64,000 nucleotides of DNA from the NCBI GenBank assembly GCA_965197745.1, contig CBDANS010000005.1, forward strand, positions 192,001-256,000, read 5' to 3'. Position 1 is the first letter of the stretch. Each line of letters starts with the position of its first letter. Positions 51,623 through 62,795 of the stretch are shown piece by piece. Below the pieces are notes generated by a model, which saw only the letters and a list, made by a program, of their open reading frames with translations, was not told the DNA's origin and did not search any database. The DNA is from Opitutales bacterium (lineage in GTDB: Bacteria > Verrucomicrobiota > Verrucomicrobiia > Opitutales > PNEW01). The position numbers and the translations under genes were made by a program.

Positions 51623-53215
51623 TTAATCACTCTGCTGCTGCTCGCGAAAACTTTCAACAACCATACGCGAGAGTTCCTTATCGGGATTGTCCACTATGGA
51701 TTTTGTGATGGTGAAGATTTCCTCTTTTGTGTTGCGGGAAATAATTTTAAGGCCGTGTTGAAAATCGCGAAACTTTTCCTCACATAGTGCGCGGATAGTT
51801 TTATCAAGATCAGTGGCAGCGTCAATGAGTGCATCGCAAGCTTCATCATCAAATTTCAGTTTAAGTCCATGTGCCTGATGAAAGCGAAGAGCAAAATCTT
51901 CAATATCCCTTCGCAAAACCTCGCGTTGTGCGTGTTGATTTTCCTTGAGTAGTGTCTTTAATGAATCCTGGAGTTCAGTAATCGTCTCTGAGGTAACCTC
52001 AAATGTTTTGACCGCGGTAGAAGGTAATTCGAATTTATAACTTCGAAAAATCTTTTCAAGAACAGTCATAAGTCCACGAGCTCCCGTTTGTTCCCGGTGT
52101 CCACGTCGTGCAATTTCTTCAATCGCTTCGCTGGTTATTTTGAAGTCTATGTCATAACCTCTGAAATCACTCAGATACTGTTCGAGTATACTTCCTTCAG
52201 ATCCCGTGAGAATTTTTGTCAAATCTTCTACTTCGAGCGCTTGACAGGTGACGCGAACGGGTAGGCGTCCGATAAATTCCGGTTCAAACCCATATTTAAT
52301 AAAATCTGTGGTTTCCACTTCATTAAGGTAGTCGAATCTGGATTTTTCCTCTTGATCCTGTGCTGTAGCGAAACCTATTTGGCTGCTCTCAATGCGTTTT
52401 TTTACGGTATTACCTAATTCTTCAAAGGCTCCACTGACAATAAAGAGGATATGCCGCGTGTTAATATTCTTTTTATGCGATTTTCCACCCCGACTAACCT
52501 CCATCATGGCTTGCATTTGAGCCATCATATCGGTCGGACTGAAGAGGTTGACTTCGGTTTCTTCCATCAACTTTAAAAGGTTAATCTGTACACCACGTCC
52601 CGAGACGTCACGCCCTTGAATATTGCTGGCCGAAGCGATTTTATCAATTTCATCAATATATATAATGCCGTATTGCGCGAGTTCGACATTCCCATTGCCA
52701 ACTTTAACAAGATCACGAACGAGATCTTCAACATCATGACCGACATAGCCCGTTTCAGAAAATTTTGTGGCATCCGCTTTAACAAAAGGAACCCCTATCA
52801 GTTTAGCGATGCACCGCATAAGATAAGTTTTACCTACGCCGGTGGGGCCTAATAGAATGATATTTTGTTTTTGATATTCCTTCTCTGCGAGTTCAGGGTT
52901 TTCAATACATTGACGCACATGATTGAAATGATCGCAGATAGCAACGGAGAGCACTTTTTTTGCCTCCTCTTGTTTGATTACGAATCGGTTCAAATAATCT
53001 CGGATTTCCCGAGGTTTCAGATTAAATTCATGTATCCGCTGCAATATTTTGCTGTCTGTATCTTCATTTTCAGAAGATTTCTTCTCTTTGTCTACCGCGG
53101 GGGAAGGCTCGTCACTGAACTTTTTGAAAGCTGAAATCACTTGAGGATTACGCATGGCATCCTGAAGTTGTTTTTGTAATTCTTCCAATGGGTTATTAGG
53201 ATCCTTTTCGCTCAT
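51623..53215 (-). CDS. ClpX-like AAA+ ATPase lacking the N-terminal Zn-binding domain, with C-terminal extension
   Basis: [35 protein letters not shown] and GARGL. Confidence 0.85.
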   Translation of the reverse strand: MSEKDPNNPLEELQKQLQDAMRNPQVISAFKKFSDEPSPAVDKEKKSSENEDTDSKILQRIHEFNLKPREIRDYLNRFVIKQEEAKKVLSVAICDHFNHVRQCIENPELAEKEYQKQNIILLGPTGVGKTYLMRCIAKLIGVPFVKADATKFSETGYVGHDVEDLVRDLVKVGNGNVELAQYGIIYIDEIDKIASASNIQGRDVSGRGVQINLLKLMEETEVNLFSPTDMMAQMQAMMEVSRGGKSHKKNINTRHILFIVSGAFEELGNTVKKRIESSQIGFATAQDQEEKSRFDYLNEVETTDFIKYGFEPEFIGRLPVRVTCQALEVEDLTKILTGSEGSILEQYLSDFRGYDIDFKITSEAIEEIARRGHREQTGARGLMTVLEKIFRSYKFELPSTAVKTFEVTSETITELQDSLKTLLKENQHAQREVLRRDIEDFALRFHQAHGLKLKFDDEACDALIDAATDLDKTIRALCEEKFRDFQHGLKIISRNTKEEIFTITKSIVDNPDKELSRMVVESFREQQQSD

Positions 53216-53304
53216 TATTTATGGGTTGACATAATTCTTTGATATTTACAGAAGTATCAGATAATTAATAACTTTTACTGGAATATCAACCCTCGGCATC
53301 AAAT

Positions 53305-53616
53305 ATGTCAGGTAACTTAACAAAAAGAGATATCGTTCTTTCTATCTACGAAAAAACCGGGTTTCCACAAAAAGAGGTCCGAGAGGTAGTACAACAGACA
53401 TTGGATACCATTGCTGCGGCTCTCGCCCAGGGGCGAAATGTCGAATTACGGAATTTCGGTGTGTTCGAGGTCCAAAAGCGAAAGTCCAGAATCGGACGTA
53501 ATCCTAATAAACCTGAAACGGATGTAATTATTCCCGATCGAGCAGTAATTAAGTTTAAAGCCGGTAAAGAACTCAAAGCCGAGCTTAAAGGTATCAACCT
53601 CGATAATCTTATTTAA
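53305..53616 (+). CDS. HU/IHF-family DNA-binding protein
   Basis: VELRNFGVF...RIGRNP...FKAGKELK. Confidence 0.93.
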   Translation: MSGNLTKRDIVLSIYEKTGFPQKEVREVVQQTLDTIAAALAQGRNVELRNFGVFEVQKRKSRIGRNPNKPETDVIIPDRAVIKFKAGKELKAELKGINLDNLI

Positions 53617-53663
53617 TATCACTCCGGGCCGACTTGTGCTACCGGATGTATGGAAAATACCGC

Positions 53664-54989
53664 ATGTTCGAAAGTCTACCGGGATTCCGTGACTTTTATC
53701 CTGAACGATGTGCTGTTCGTAATCATATTTTTAAATTATGGAAACAGGCCGCATTGAGCTTTGGGTTTTCTGAATACGACGTACCATTACTCGAACCGCT
53801 TGAACTTTACATTGAGAAAAGTGGCGAGGAAATCGTTGAACAACTTTTTAATTTTACCGATAAGGGAGGGCGCAAGGTTGCCCTGCGCCCGGAATTAACC
53901 CCTTCCCTTGCGCGTCTCGTAGGGGCACGTGCCGCGAGCCTGAAAAAACCGATTAAATGGTTTTGTATCGGTGAGAATTTTCGATACGAACGCCCTCAAA
54001 AGGGGCGATTGCGCGCTCATTATCAATTCAACGCGGATATATTCGGTGAATCTGATGCCGGAGCTGATACTGAACTCATTGCGCTCTGCATCCATGCTCT
54101 CACCACTTTTGGTCTCTCCTCTGATGATGTAGTTGTCCGCCTCAGTGATCGGAATCTCTGGATTTATTTCCTGTCCGCATATGAGATTAATGCGGATCAA
54201 GCTGTTGAGGTCCTCACCATTATTGATAAAGTTGAGCGTGTGGAGAGGGATGAAACGTTAAAAAAACTCGAGATCCATTTTAATCAAGCATCTGAAGATT
54301 TCCTGAACAGGCTCGAGGTTCTGGTGAGCATTCGAAACTTGGATGAACTTCGTTCTTTTTTTCTCTCTCAATCGCTAAATGAAGAGATCAAAGAAAAAGT
54401 TGAAGCTCGACTGGCTGATTGGAATATACTCATAGACAACCTGAATGCGATGGGACTAACGCCGTTTATCCAGATTGATTTTGGGATCGTTCGCGGCTTA
54501 GCCTATTACTCAGGGTTCGTATTTGAAGCCTATGAAAAGTCCGGCAAGACACGATCTCTTGCCGGAGGAGGGCGTTATGATCACCTTGTTCATAGACTCG
54601 GTGGGCCCCTTTTATCCGCGGCCGGTTTTGGAATGGGTGATGTAACTTTAACCGATCTTCTCGAAGAAAAAAAACTGGTTCCTGCCGATCTTGATGCTCC
54701 GGATATCTATGCAATTATAGGTGGAGAAAATGAACGGAGGATAGCGTTTGCTTCTATTAAGATTTTGCGTGACCGGGGTTACGGTGTGGACTATCCCTTG
54801 AAAAATATCAGTTTTGGCAAACAGTTTAAACTTGCTGATCAGTCGGGAGCTCGTATTGCGCTGATTTATGGTGCCGAGGAAGTCTCAGCACAGTCAGTTA
54901 AAATTCGGGACCTCGCGACGGGCTCGGAAATTCTTATTCCCGATGACCAATTAGAGTCTGAACTTCAAAATATTTTAAGAGTGAACTGA
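53664..54989 (+). CDS. hisS: Histidine--tRNA ligase
   Basis: LRPELT, FRYERPQKGR, RGLAYYSG, GGGRYD and anticodon-binding domain; start at ATG 53664. Confidence 0.95.
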   Translation: MFESLPGFRDFYPERCAVRNHIFKLWKQAALSFGFSEYDVPLLEPLELYIEKSGEEIVEQLFNFTDKGGRKVALRPELTPSLARLVGARAASLKKPIKWFCIGENFRYERPQKGRLRAHYQFNADIFGESDAGADTELIALCIHALTTFGLSSDDVVVRLSDRNLWIYFLSAYEINADQAVEVLTIIDKVERVERDETLKKLEIHFNQASEDFLNRLEVLVSIRNLDELRSFFLSQSLNEEIKEKVEARLADWNILIDNLNAMGLTPFIQIDFGIVRGLAYYSGFVFEAYEKSGKTRSLAGGGRYDHLVHRLGGPLLSAAGFGMGDVTLTDLLEEKKLVPADLDAPDIYAIIGGENERRIAFASIKILRDRGYGVDYPLKNISFGKQFKLADQSGARIALIYGAEEVSAQSVKIRDLATGSEILIPDDQLESELQNILRVN

Positions 54990-55037
54990 AGTCTAAACCA
55001 TGAGATTGAGAAATAAAGGAGTATTCTCTCAGGAAAT

Positions 55038-55571
55038 TTGGAGATGTCGCTGAATCCCAGTCTTAAAGAATTTCTGAGAAAAGATCCTCAGATCGACCCA
55101 AGCGCATACATCGCACCGGAAGCAGTAATCATTGGGGATGTAAGAATAGGGCCACACGTAAGTATTTGGCCACAATGTGTGTTGAGAGGAGATATCAATT
55201 ACATTGAAGTTGGTGAATGTAGCAATGTGCAGGATGGTTCCGTCATTCATCTGGCAGATGATAAAGCGGTGGTAATTGGTCGCTATGTTACGATTGGCCA
55301 TTTAGCCATGTTACATGCCTGCACCATTAATGACGAATGTCTCATAGGAATGCATGCCACGGTTCTCGACGGCGCGGTCGTTGGTCACAATTCTATTATT
55401 GGGGCTCACACTTTGGTCAAACAGGGAATGGAAGTGCCACCAGGTTCCCTTGTCCTTGGTGTGCCGGGAAGGGTAGTACGTCCCTTGAGTGACGAAGAAC
55501 AAAAAAAATTACCGAAGTGGGCTGAAAACTATCTGGAGATTGCCGCCGCATTTCAGGCCAAAACGGTTTAA
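55038..55571 (+). CDS. Gamma carbonic anhydrase family protein
   Basis: LRGD, SNVQD..VIH, GH.A.LH hexapeptide repeats. Confidence 0.92.
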   Translation: MEMSLNPSLKEFLRKDPQIDPSAYIAPEAVIIGDVRIGPHVSIWPQCVLRGDINYIEVGECSNVQDGSVIHLADDKAVVIGRYVTIGHLAMLHACTINDECLIGMHATVLDGAVVGHNSIIGAHTLVKQGMEVPPGSLVLGVPGRVVRPLSDEEQKKLPKWAENYLEIAAAFQAKTV

Positions 55572-55640
55572 TTAGAGTGGTAGTCCAGGCCGCAATCGAT
55601 GAGTTGCAGCCAACAAATAACCGCTCTCTAAAATATTAAG

Positions 55641-56669
55641 GTGATATCTTATAAGCAATATTCAAAATACCGTGAGGCAAAGATCGACAAGCGATTGCAG
55701 TATTACCTTATTGGCGTTATTCTCGGATGTCTGATCTTGATCGTCATACCTAGACCATTTCGCTTCGATCGATCGAGGATAGGAGATACGACAAATCCTT
55801 CACATGAATACTTTCCAGTCCTTTACAGCGACGGATATGATCGTCCTGTAGAAGTCACCGCTCCTCCCAAGCGTATAATTTCTTTATCACCAAATATTAC
55901 AGAAATCCTATATGCTTTGAACGTTTCTGATCGTTTAGTTGCCAATACGCGGTTGTGTAAATATCCCGGAGAAGCGCAAAATAAGGTAAAAATTGGAGAC
56001 CCCAATCATCCTGATTTTGATTTGCTGTTGCGACTTCAGCCCGATCTTATTTTGGGGACGGTTCTCAGCCCTCAACCCCTTTACGAGCGCATGGAAAAAT
56101 CAGGGTTGGTTGCGATAGCGATGAAGCATACGCGGATGAATATAATTCTGCACGATATGCTCATGATTGGAAAAATAATTGGAGAACCTGAAACCGCATT
56201 GGGCCTTGTCGTTGAAATACAGAATAAGCGGGATTCGATTATAAATAGAATATCGACATTAAGAATTGAGCAATATCCAGTTCGTGTTGTAATTCTATAT
56301 GATTCAGAACAATTATACACTGCTGATCATAATACATGGATTGAAGCATTTATAAAGCAGTGCGAGGCGATTAATATTGCCAATAAAGCCTTCATGCAAT
56401 CAGCATCGAATTCGCTGGAAGAGATAGCGGTGTCAGACCCGGAAGTAATTATTTTAGCATTACCCCCAGAGGAATCGGGACAAAACGAAGGTGATCATAT
56501 TATTAAAACTATCGAGAATCATCCTCTCTGGCAAAAGACCACGGCGTTACGTGAGCAGCGAATAGTGAAATTAGATAAAAATTTGCTCTTCGCTTCAGGG
56601 TTTCGCATCATTGAAGCGATGGATGCTTTGGGCCACGCCATTCACCCTGAAATTATTTTACCTCCTTAA
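55641..56669 (+). CDS. Helical-backbone metal/cobalamin-binding protein (BtuF-like)
   Basis: PKRIISLSPNITEIL.AL, L.PDL and DPEVII. Confidence 0.8.
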   Translation: MISYKQYSKYREAKIDKRLQYYLIGVILGCLILIVIPRPFRFDRSRIGDTTNPSHEYFPVLYSDGYDRPVEVTAPPKRIISLSPNITEILYALNVSDRLVANTRLCKYPGEAQNKVKIGDPNHPDFDLLLRLQPDLILGTVLSPQPLYERMEKSGLVAIAMKHTRMNIILHDMLMIGKIIGEPETALGLVVEIQNKRDSIINRISTLRIEQYPVRVVILYDSEQLYTADHNTWIEAFIKQCEAINIANKAFMQSASNSLEEIAVSDPEVIILALPPEESGQNEGDHIIKTIENHPLWQKTTALREQRIVKLDKNLLFASGFRIIEAMDALGHAIHPEIILPP

Positions 56670-56740
56670 TCGGATTTAGAGGCCAGGACACCGGCCTGAA
56701 TCCATTGAATGTTTATCTCGTGAAGGGTGAGGGTAAATAA

Positions 56741-57328
56741 TTATACGATACTTTTTTCGTTCTTTAGAAATTCACGGCTTTGCCGTTTCAATTTTCTAAG
56801 CTCGGGTTTTAATTCATTTATCATTTCTTTATCCATGTGGTCAATAAAGAGGATTCCATTGAGGTGATCTACTTCGTGTTGAACAACACGTCCAAGAAAG
56901 CCATTGCTTTGTATTTTATGGTGAGCACCTTTTAAATCCTGGAATGTAACTTCCATATTATCAGATCGAATAACATCGCCTTTAATTTCTGGAAAAGATA
57001 AGCAACCTTCTTCGTAAATGCTTGTTTCACCAGGATTTATTTTAACCACAGGGTTGATTAAAATCAGAGGCAAAATTAGCTCAAGGGGTGGTTGTTTAGC
57101 GTCGTAGGTATAGGGTTCATCACTGAGATCTTTAGAGAGCGGAAGATCAACAACGCATATCATTTTATCCTGATCTATCTGTTGTGCGGCTAAACCAATT
57201 CCTTCATTAGCATACATCGTCTCAAGCATATCAGCTGCTAATTTATCTAATGCTTTATTAAATATTCTGATTTTTTTACCCTTCTTGCGAAGGATGGGCT
57301 CACCGTAATGTGTAACGCGTAAGATCAT
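56741..57328 (-). CDS. def: Peptide deformylase
   Basis: GIGLAAQQ, EGCLS and QHEVDHLNG. Confidence 0.96.
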   Translation of the reverse strand: MILRVTHYGEPILRKKGKKIRIFNKALDKLAADMLETMYANEGIGLAAQQIDQDKMICVVDLPLSKDLSDEPYTYDAKQPPLELILPLILINPVVKINPGETSIYEEGCLSFPEIKGDVIRSDNMEVTFQDLKGAHHKIQSNGFLGRVVQHEVDHLNGILFIDHMDKEMINELKPELRKLKRQSREFLKNEKSIV

Positions 57329-57476
57329 TTTTAAAATATTAACTTAATCTCGAATTGTTTGTTTTCAACTTTAAAACCCCCGGTCTCAACTGCTGCTTCA
57401 ATGCAATTTCCATTGAATGTTTTATAGCCTAATGAGGGTTTGCCAGGCAGCCAATTCGGAATAATCTATTTATAAA

Positions 57477-59183
57477 ATGTTTAAAAATTCATCGCCATTG
57501 GAAAGCCTCCTTTTTTTCGTGTTGTCTTCTCTTCTCGCTCTTTTTGGAACGGGCATCCCTGTTCATTTTAAGGCAATAGCTCCTGGCGTTCTGGTGGAAG
57601 CAGGGCGAGACACTGAGAATACTAAAGATCTCGCCGGAAGCTTTCTGGACGGCGGACAAGTGGGTCCGGCTGCTCTGCTCTGGTCCGCCGATGATCAACT
57701 TCCCGATACTGAAGAATCCCGCAAAAGGTTTAAAGCCTTAAAAGAAAATAACCCCTACTATCGTTTTTCAGGAGGTCCAGCGCCCTATTTTGAAGAATTC
57801 CTGAAGATGATTAATACTGACACGGTAAGTGATAAAGACAGTGAATCATTAAAATTACTCATTCCCCAGAATAACCGGGAGCACCTCTTAAACTACCTGA
57901 TTTACAGCAATAATGCGTTGGTTCATTCCTTATTATCAACGCGCGGACTAACCAGTTATACGCACTTTATGCCTGTCAGTTCTCCTGCCGGTCAACCATT
58001 GGATGCCACTATCCTGATGACGGCACTCCTTGTTCAGGGAGGACACTATTCATCAACTTTCCTGCGCAACCTGAAACCTTTGCTCGATGAGGCCGTTGAG
58101 AATAGAGAGGAGGGCGAGGTGGAGCGTTTAGAAATATTTTATTTGAATATGTTGACGCTAGGTAAACGATTTAACTGGTTACAACTTACAACACTGACGC
58201 GACTATTTACTGATTTTGATTCAGTTGAAAATTCTGCGATTCTCTTTCGCCGTTTTCCTGATCTTATTCCCCAATTTTACGCTCTCATATTACTATCCGA
58301 AAATCCATCCGGAATTGTTGATTATATCAATGATAGAGATGAAGCGGGGCTCAGTGACATGTTATATACATTGCCCTTAGGACGGGGTGCGGTCTTACGG
58401 CTCATGCAATCGCGCCAGCCTTTATATCGACCTCCGGCTTTTGTGCAGTGGATTGATCAACCTATATCCTGGGTAAGACAGGCGCCTCTCTTGAGTTTTA
58501 CCCATCAACATCCACAGGCAGCCATCTATCTCAAAATGATCGTCATTCTATTTTCGGGATTTGCACTCGCTCTCGGGGTCAGCAGTTTATTCGAAAAGAG
58601 TGATCGCTATAAAGAAGTAAATAGAATCAGATCCCTGCTCTTATTACGTAATACGATAATAGCTTTATTTTTTTCCACTACAATATGGGTGCTGATAGAA
58701 CCAGCCTTGCTGGATATAGGTTCGGAACCCAAAGCGAAGTTGCGATTAGTCTTTGAATTTGTTAACAAAGTAGAATCCTTAAAATCAAAAAACGTTGATA
58801 CCGCCATGCTCGACCAAATCACTATCCTCATCCTCCTTATCTTTTTTCTACTTCAACTTACGATATATATTCTAGGGGTGATAAAAGTATCAGAAATCAA
58901 GAAGCAGGAAGCATCACCCGAGCTTAAGCTAAAGCTTCTCGATAACGAGGACCATCTTTTTGACCTCGGATTATACATTGGACTTGGAGGCACGGTGTTA
59001 TCGCTCATATTGCTCGCCATGGACATTGTCCAGGCAAGTTTGATTGCTGCCTATGCATCGACCCTCTTCGGCATAATATTTGTGGCGTTATTAAAAGTAA
59101 TTCACGTTCGTTCCTTTCGTCGGTCAATAATTCTGAAAGAGGAACATTCAGGTCATGAGTCGAGCACTTCTATTGATAATTAG
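57477..59183 (+). CDS. Membrane protein with C-terminal MotA/TolQ/ExbB-like channel region
   Basis: IGLGGTV and AAYASTLFG TM motifs near the C-terminus; large N-terminal soluble domain. Confidence 0.6.
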   Translation: MFKNSSPLESLLFFVLSSLLALFGTGIPVHFKAIAPGVLVEAGRDTENTKDLAGSFLDGGQVGPAALLWSADDQLPDTEESRKRFKALKENNPYYRFSGGPAPYFEEFLKMINTDTVSDKDSESLKLLIPQNNREHLLNYLIYSNNALVHSLLSTRGLTSYTHFMPVSSPAGQPLDATILMTALLVQGGHYSSTFLRNLKPLLDEAVENREEGEVERLEIFYLNMLTLGKRFNWLQLTTLTRLFTDFDSVENSAILFRRFPDLIPQFYALILLSENPSGIVDYINDRDEAGLSDMLYTLPLGRGAVLRLMQSRQPLYRPPAFVQWIDQPISWVRQAPLLSFTHQHPQAAIYLKMIVILFSGFALALGVSSLFEKSDRYKEVNRIRSLLLLRNTIIALFFSTTIWVLIEPALLDIGSEPKAKLRLVFEFVNKVESLKSKNVDTAMLDQITILILLIFFLLQLTIYILGVIKVSEIKKQEASPELKLKLLDNEDHLFDLGLYIGLGGTVLSLILLAMDIVQASLIAAYASTLFGIIFVALLKVIHVRSFRRSIILKEEHSGHESSTSIDN

Positions 59184-60591
59184 TGATTTTCTCTTGATTA
59201 GTTTACTTGCTTTGGCCCGATTTGATCTGCCCAAAGAAGATACTCCTGCGCTTGCCATAGAGGAAGCAAGCAGGGGAGATCGACACGAGGAAGACCTGAT
59301 TGAGGTTTTGAAAAATGCCCTGGAAAATGAAAAGGGGGAGAGCAGTAAAACGATTGAGGAACTCGAATCTGACAAAGATAATCTTGAAAGCCACTTACGT
59401 GATACCCGCGATAGTTTAAAAAAGAATGAAGAAGCTGTGCATCGGTTAGGGTTAGAAAAGGAAGACTTTGCTAAACGCTACATGGACACGAATGAGAAGC
59501 TGAATTTATCGAAAAAAGAACACGCAAATCTATTAGAAAACCTCACTTTATCAAGAGAGCGGGCTGCAGCGAGCAATGAGCGGGTCAAGCTTCTACAAGA
59601 GCAACTTCAATCAAGAGAACGGGATATTGAAAAGAAAGAAAATGAACTCCAGTCAGCCCAGGAAAAGCATTTGGCTATAGAACGTGAAAAACAGAATCTT
59701 TTCACTGAAATGAAAATTTATGAAACGGAAAAGAGATTACTGGAACAGAATCTTGTGGCTGCGAAAGCTGACATTGACACGATTAGAGTGGAAAAAGAGG
59801 TAATCCAAAGGCAGGCTGCGAAGTTAGCAGATGGTGTCTCTAATCTATCGGTGCAATCCACGCGCATTGAGGAAGAAATGCGACAGATGCAACCGCGATC
59901 GCTTAATTCAATATTTAGCGATTTTACCGATAACCGTGTCCTCGTCAGTTTCGATACTGAGGTGCGTAGCATTATAGGTTCGCGTAGTCGGCGCTACGAA
60001 GCAAAGTCGATATTTATTACCGAGGGAAAAGACATTTACGCGCTCATCCATACACGGGACACTCCGTTTTATGTCACGGAAATCGTGGGAAGCCTGTCAA
60101 AAGTTGACGGTATTTTGACGGTCAATGACCGGGAGCTACCGATCTCTCAAGTGGGATTCCTCACTGTCGACCCACGGCTTATGGTAATTGCAGTATCACC
60201 ACAGGTAGCTGAGCAATTGGATATCAAAGTGTTTCCCTTAGCTAGAGATCCCCTAAAGTATTCTCAGGCCGTCCTTATCGGAAGTGATGAAGGATATTAT
60301 GGGGAAAGTGATTTCAAATTAGATCACCAGGGAAATCGGTTTTTAACCATGCAGCCCCGATTATTTAATCGGCTTTTTGGGGAATTTTCACCATCACGCA
60401 GTGATTTGGTATTTGCCAAAACAGGGAGTTTCATGGGGCTTATGATAAATAAGGAGTATTGCGTTCTGGTGGATGATTTCGGGATAGAAGATAGGTTACT
60501 TATTGGAAATGATTTTAAGAGCGAAGAGTCTGAAACAATCACCCATAAGCTTCGCGAACGGCTCAATCAACTCCCCGTCGATTTACAATGA
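59155..60591 (+). CDS. N-terminally anchored coiled-coil protein; ExbD/MotB-like TM Asp
   Basis: LLLIISDFLLISLL TM, about 200-aa coiled coil, beta-rich C-terminal domain; overlaps the upstream gene. Confidence 0.55.
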   Translation: MSRALLLIISDFLLISLLALARFDLPKEDTPALAIEEASRGDRHEEDLIEVLKNALENEKGESSKTIEELESDKDNLESHLRDTRDSLKKNEEAVHRLGLEKEDFAKRYMDTNEKLNLSKKEHANLLENLTLSRERAAASNERVKLLQEQLQSRERDIEKKENELQSAQEKHLAIEREKQNLFTEMKIYETEKRLLEQNLVAAKADIDTIRVEKEVIQRQAAKLADGVSNLSVQSTRIEEEMRQMQPRSLNSIFSDFTDNRVLVSFDTEVRSIIGSRSRRYEAKSIFITEGKDIYALIHTRDTPFYVTEIVGSLSKVDGILTVNDRELPISQVGFLTVDPRLMVIAVSPQVAEQLDIKVFPLARDPLKYSQAVLIGSDEGYYGESDFKLDHQGNRFLTMQPRLFNRLFGEFSPSRSDLVFAKTGSFMGLMINKEYCVLVDDFGIEDRLLIGNDFKSEESETITHKLRERLNQLPVDLQ

Positions 60592-60610
60592 ATGACCGAT
60601 TCTCGATAAT

Positions 60611-61447
60611 ATGGAAATAGCTCTATTCGACTCCCCGAATCGCTATTACCAACATATTAGAGGTTTTCTTTTAAAAAACGAAGACGAAAACAATCTAATA
60701 ATCGGTATTTTATCACGCTTGGAGAAAAATGATATTATTCTCAATGAAGCTTTTTTAGCGGCGGGAGTAGAGAACGCTATGGTGATCGGCGCGGCACTCT
60801 ATATCCCCCCGCGCAATTTAATTATTACACGCGCTAAAATAGAGGTCATAACCCTATTTGCAAATTACCTGGCCTCTCATATAACACCTATACCCGGAGT
60901 AATGGGGCCGGCGAAAGATGCGCAAGCGTTTGCCAATATCTGGGCGGATAAAACAAAAGCGCATGTCGCCGCCAATCGTCGAATGCGCATATACCGTATA
61001 GATAAAGTGAGTTTACCTAAAGCAGTGCCTGGAAATATGCGTCTGGCTGAGAGGGGGGATATGAAATTCCTGAATGGTTGGTTTACCGCTATGCTCAGTG
61101 AGATTGAAGAGAGTGATTCTCCAGATATTGCTCAAGAACTCTTGTCAAATACAATTGAAAAGAGAAATCTCTTTCTCTGGGAAGATGGCAGTGCTGTCTC
61201 AATGGCGGGCACTACCCGGAGCACACCGAACGGCATGAGTGTCAACCTGGTTTATACCCCAAAAAAATATCGACGCCGCGGATATGCCAGTAATCTGGTG
61301 GCGTCACTAAGTGAAAGTATTATTCAATCTGGGAAGAAATTCTGTACCTTATTTACAGACCTTGATAATCCAACGAGCAATCACATCTACATGAATATTG
61401 GGTACTATCCTGTGAGCGATTTTACCGAGTACCGTATTTCACAGTAG
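60611..61447 (+). CDS. GNAT-family acetyltransferase (FR47-like)
   Basis: VYTP..YRRRGYA and LFTDLDNPTSNHIY..IGY. Confidence 0.88.
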   Translation: MEIALFDSPNRYYQHIRGFLLKNEDENNLIIGILSRLEKNDIILNEAFLAAGVENAMVIGAALYIPPRNLIITRAKIEVITLFANYLASHITPIPGVMGPAKDAQAFANIWADKTKAHVAANRRMRIYRIDKVSLPKAVPGNMRLAERGDMKFLNGWFTAMLSEIEESDSPDIAQELLSNTIEKRNLFLWEDGSAVSMAGTTRSTPNGMSVNLVYTPKKYRRRGYASNLVASLSESIIQSGKKFCTLFTDLDNPTSNHIYMNIGYYPVSDFTEYRISQ

Positions 61448-61519
61448 CATAAGCAAAGTGAGCGCTAAAATATTTATCTATAATAAATGCGAAAGTCACC
61501 TCTGGTGAATCAGCAATTA

Positions 61520-62795
61520 TTAGTAGGGTTTTCGATAGCGCACCCCATTTTTATCGATAAACACTAAATATCTGGATTCGCTATCAATGGCAATAAAACG
61601 AATCCCTAAATCGTGATTAACAACTGCATCTATGCTGAAGACAGAGGTATTCAAAAGCACCATGGGGCGCTCACCTTTGGATTTTACCCCCTTGACAACA
61701 AGACTATTTAAAAATTCTACAACGGCTGGATCAGGAGTCGGTTTTTGAACAACGGGTTCGGGAGCAATTGTTTCTGCCGGCACTTCTGGTGCTGGTGCTT
61801 CATATAACTCGGGTTCTTCCGGGGGGACCTGTGCAACCGGGCTTTCATCTTCAGTGGTACTCTCTCGAGTGTGCCTGATGATTGATGGGCCCGGCTCTTC
61901 GTCCGAGGAAGAAGGCGGGCTCGCTTCTTCGGCATCAACAAGTTCGGAAAGCGGGGATTCAGCATCCATGTGAATGCCGCCAATTTTTTCAGCTACGGAA
62001 CGTGCCTTTTGAATGGGATTAGTAGGAGCGGGGGGGGTGATTTTTTCAGCGGTCGTTTCTTCAGTAGTTTCAGTGGAAGTAAAAGCAGAAACAATGAGAT
62101 AGATTGCGCCTACTAATAGTGCGGCAACAAGAATAAAACCGGTCCCTAATTTTAACAGTATCTTAAAATTTGAAGCTTTTTTTGGCGCAGTTGCTCCCGA
62201 TTCCTGGCCACCCGGATCTTCTGAATCTGTCCTGGCCGGAGGTGCGGGTGGGGGTGCCGCAGATGGGGGTGCAACAGGAGGGGGAGGTGGTGCTTGGACA
62301 GTAGCTTTCGGTGGAGCTACCGGAGGTGGAGGCTTTGCCGTTTCTTCTGGCGGCGGCTCGGGCTCCTCACTCTCGGGAACCAACGCATCCGTTTCAATCT
62401 CCTCATCGATGGGTTCCTCGATATTTTCCTCAATATCTGGCGTAGTTTCAACCGGGGGTGGGCTGGCACTAACGTCTTCTTCAGGGGGAGGAATCGGGGT
62501 TACTTTATTTTCTTCCGCCGGAGGGGTCTTTTTTAATGAAAGACTGGGTTTTTTTTCGGGAACAGCTTCCTCAGGCGTTTTTTCGCTTTCATTCTCAGCG
62601 GAAGATTGGGGGTTCCTCTTCAGGATTTTCTGAATCAGACGATTGAGGATCCTTCTCGGGTGGATTCTCACCAGAAGCTTTCTTACGTAATGAAAGGCTG
62701 ATTTTAGGGCGTTGTTCTTCTGATGAGCCCGAATCTGAATTACTGGGTGAATTCGGCTGTTCGTCAGAATTGTTTGGTGTAGGTGTATCCGGCAT
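61520..62795 (-). pseudogene. Pro-rich membrane protein (GspB/ExeB-like C-terminus), apparent frameshift at a C5 run near 62610
   Basis: 62595-62801 and 61520-62671 join into one low-complexity frame; C-terminal domain resembles that of 62764-63567. Confidence 0.6.
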
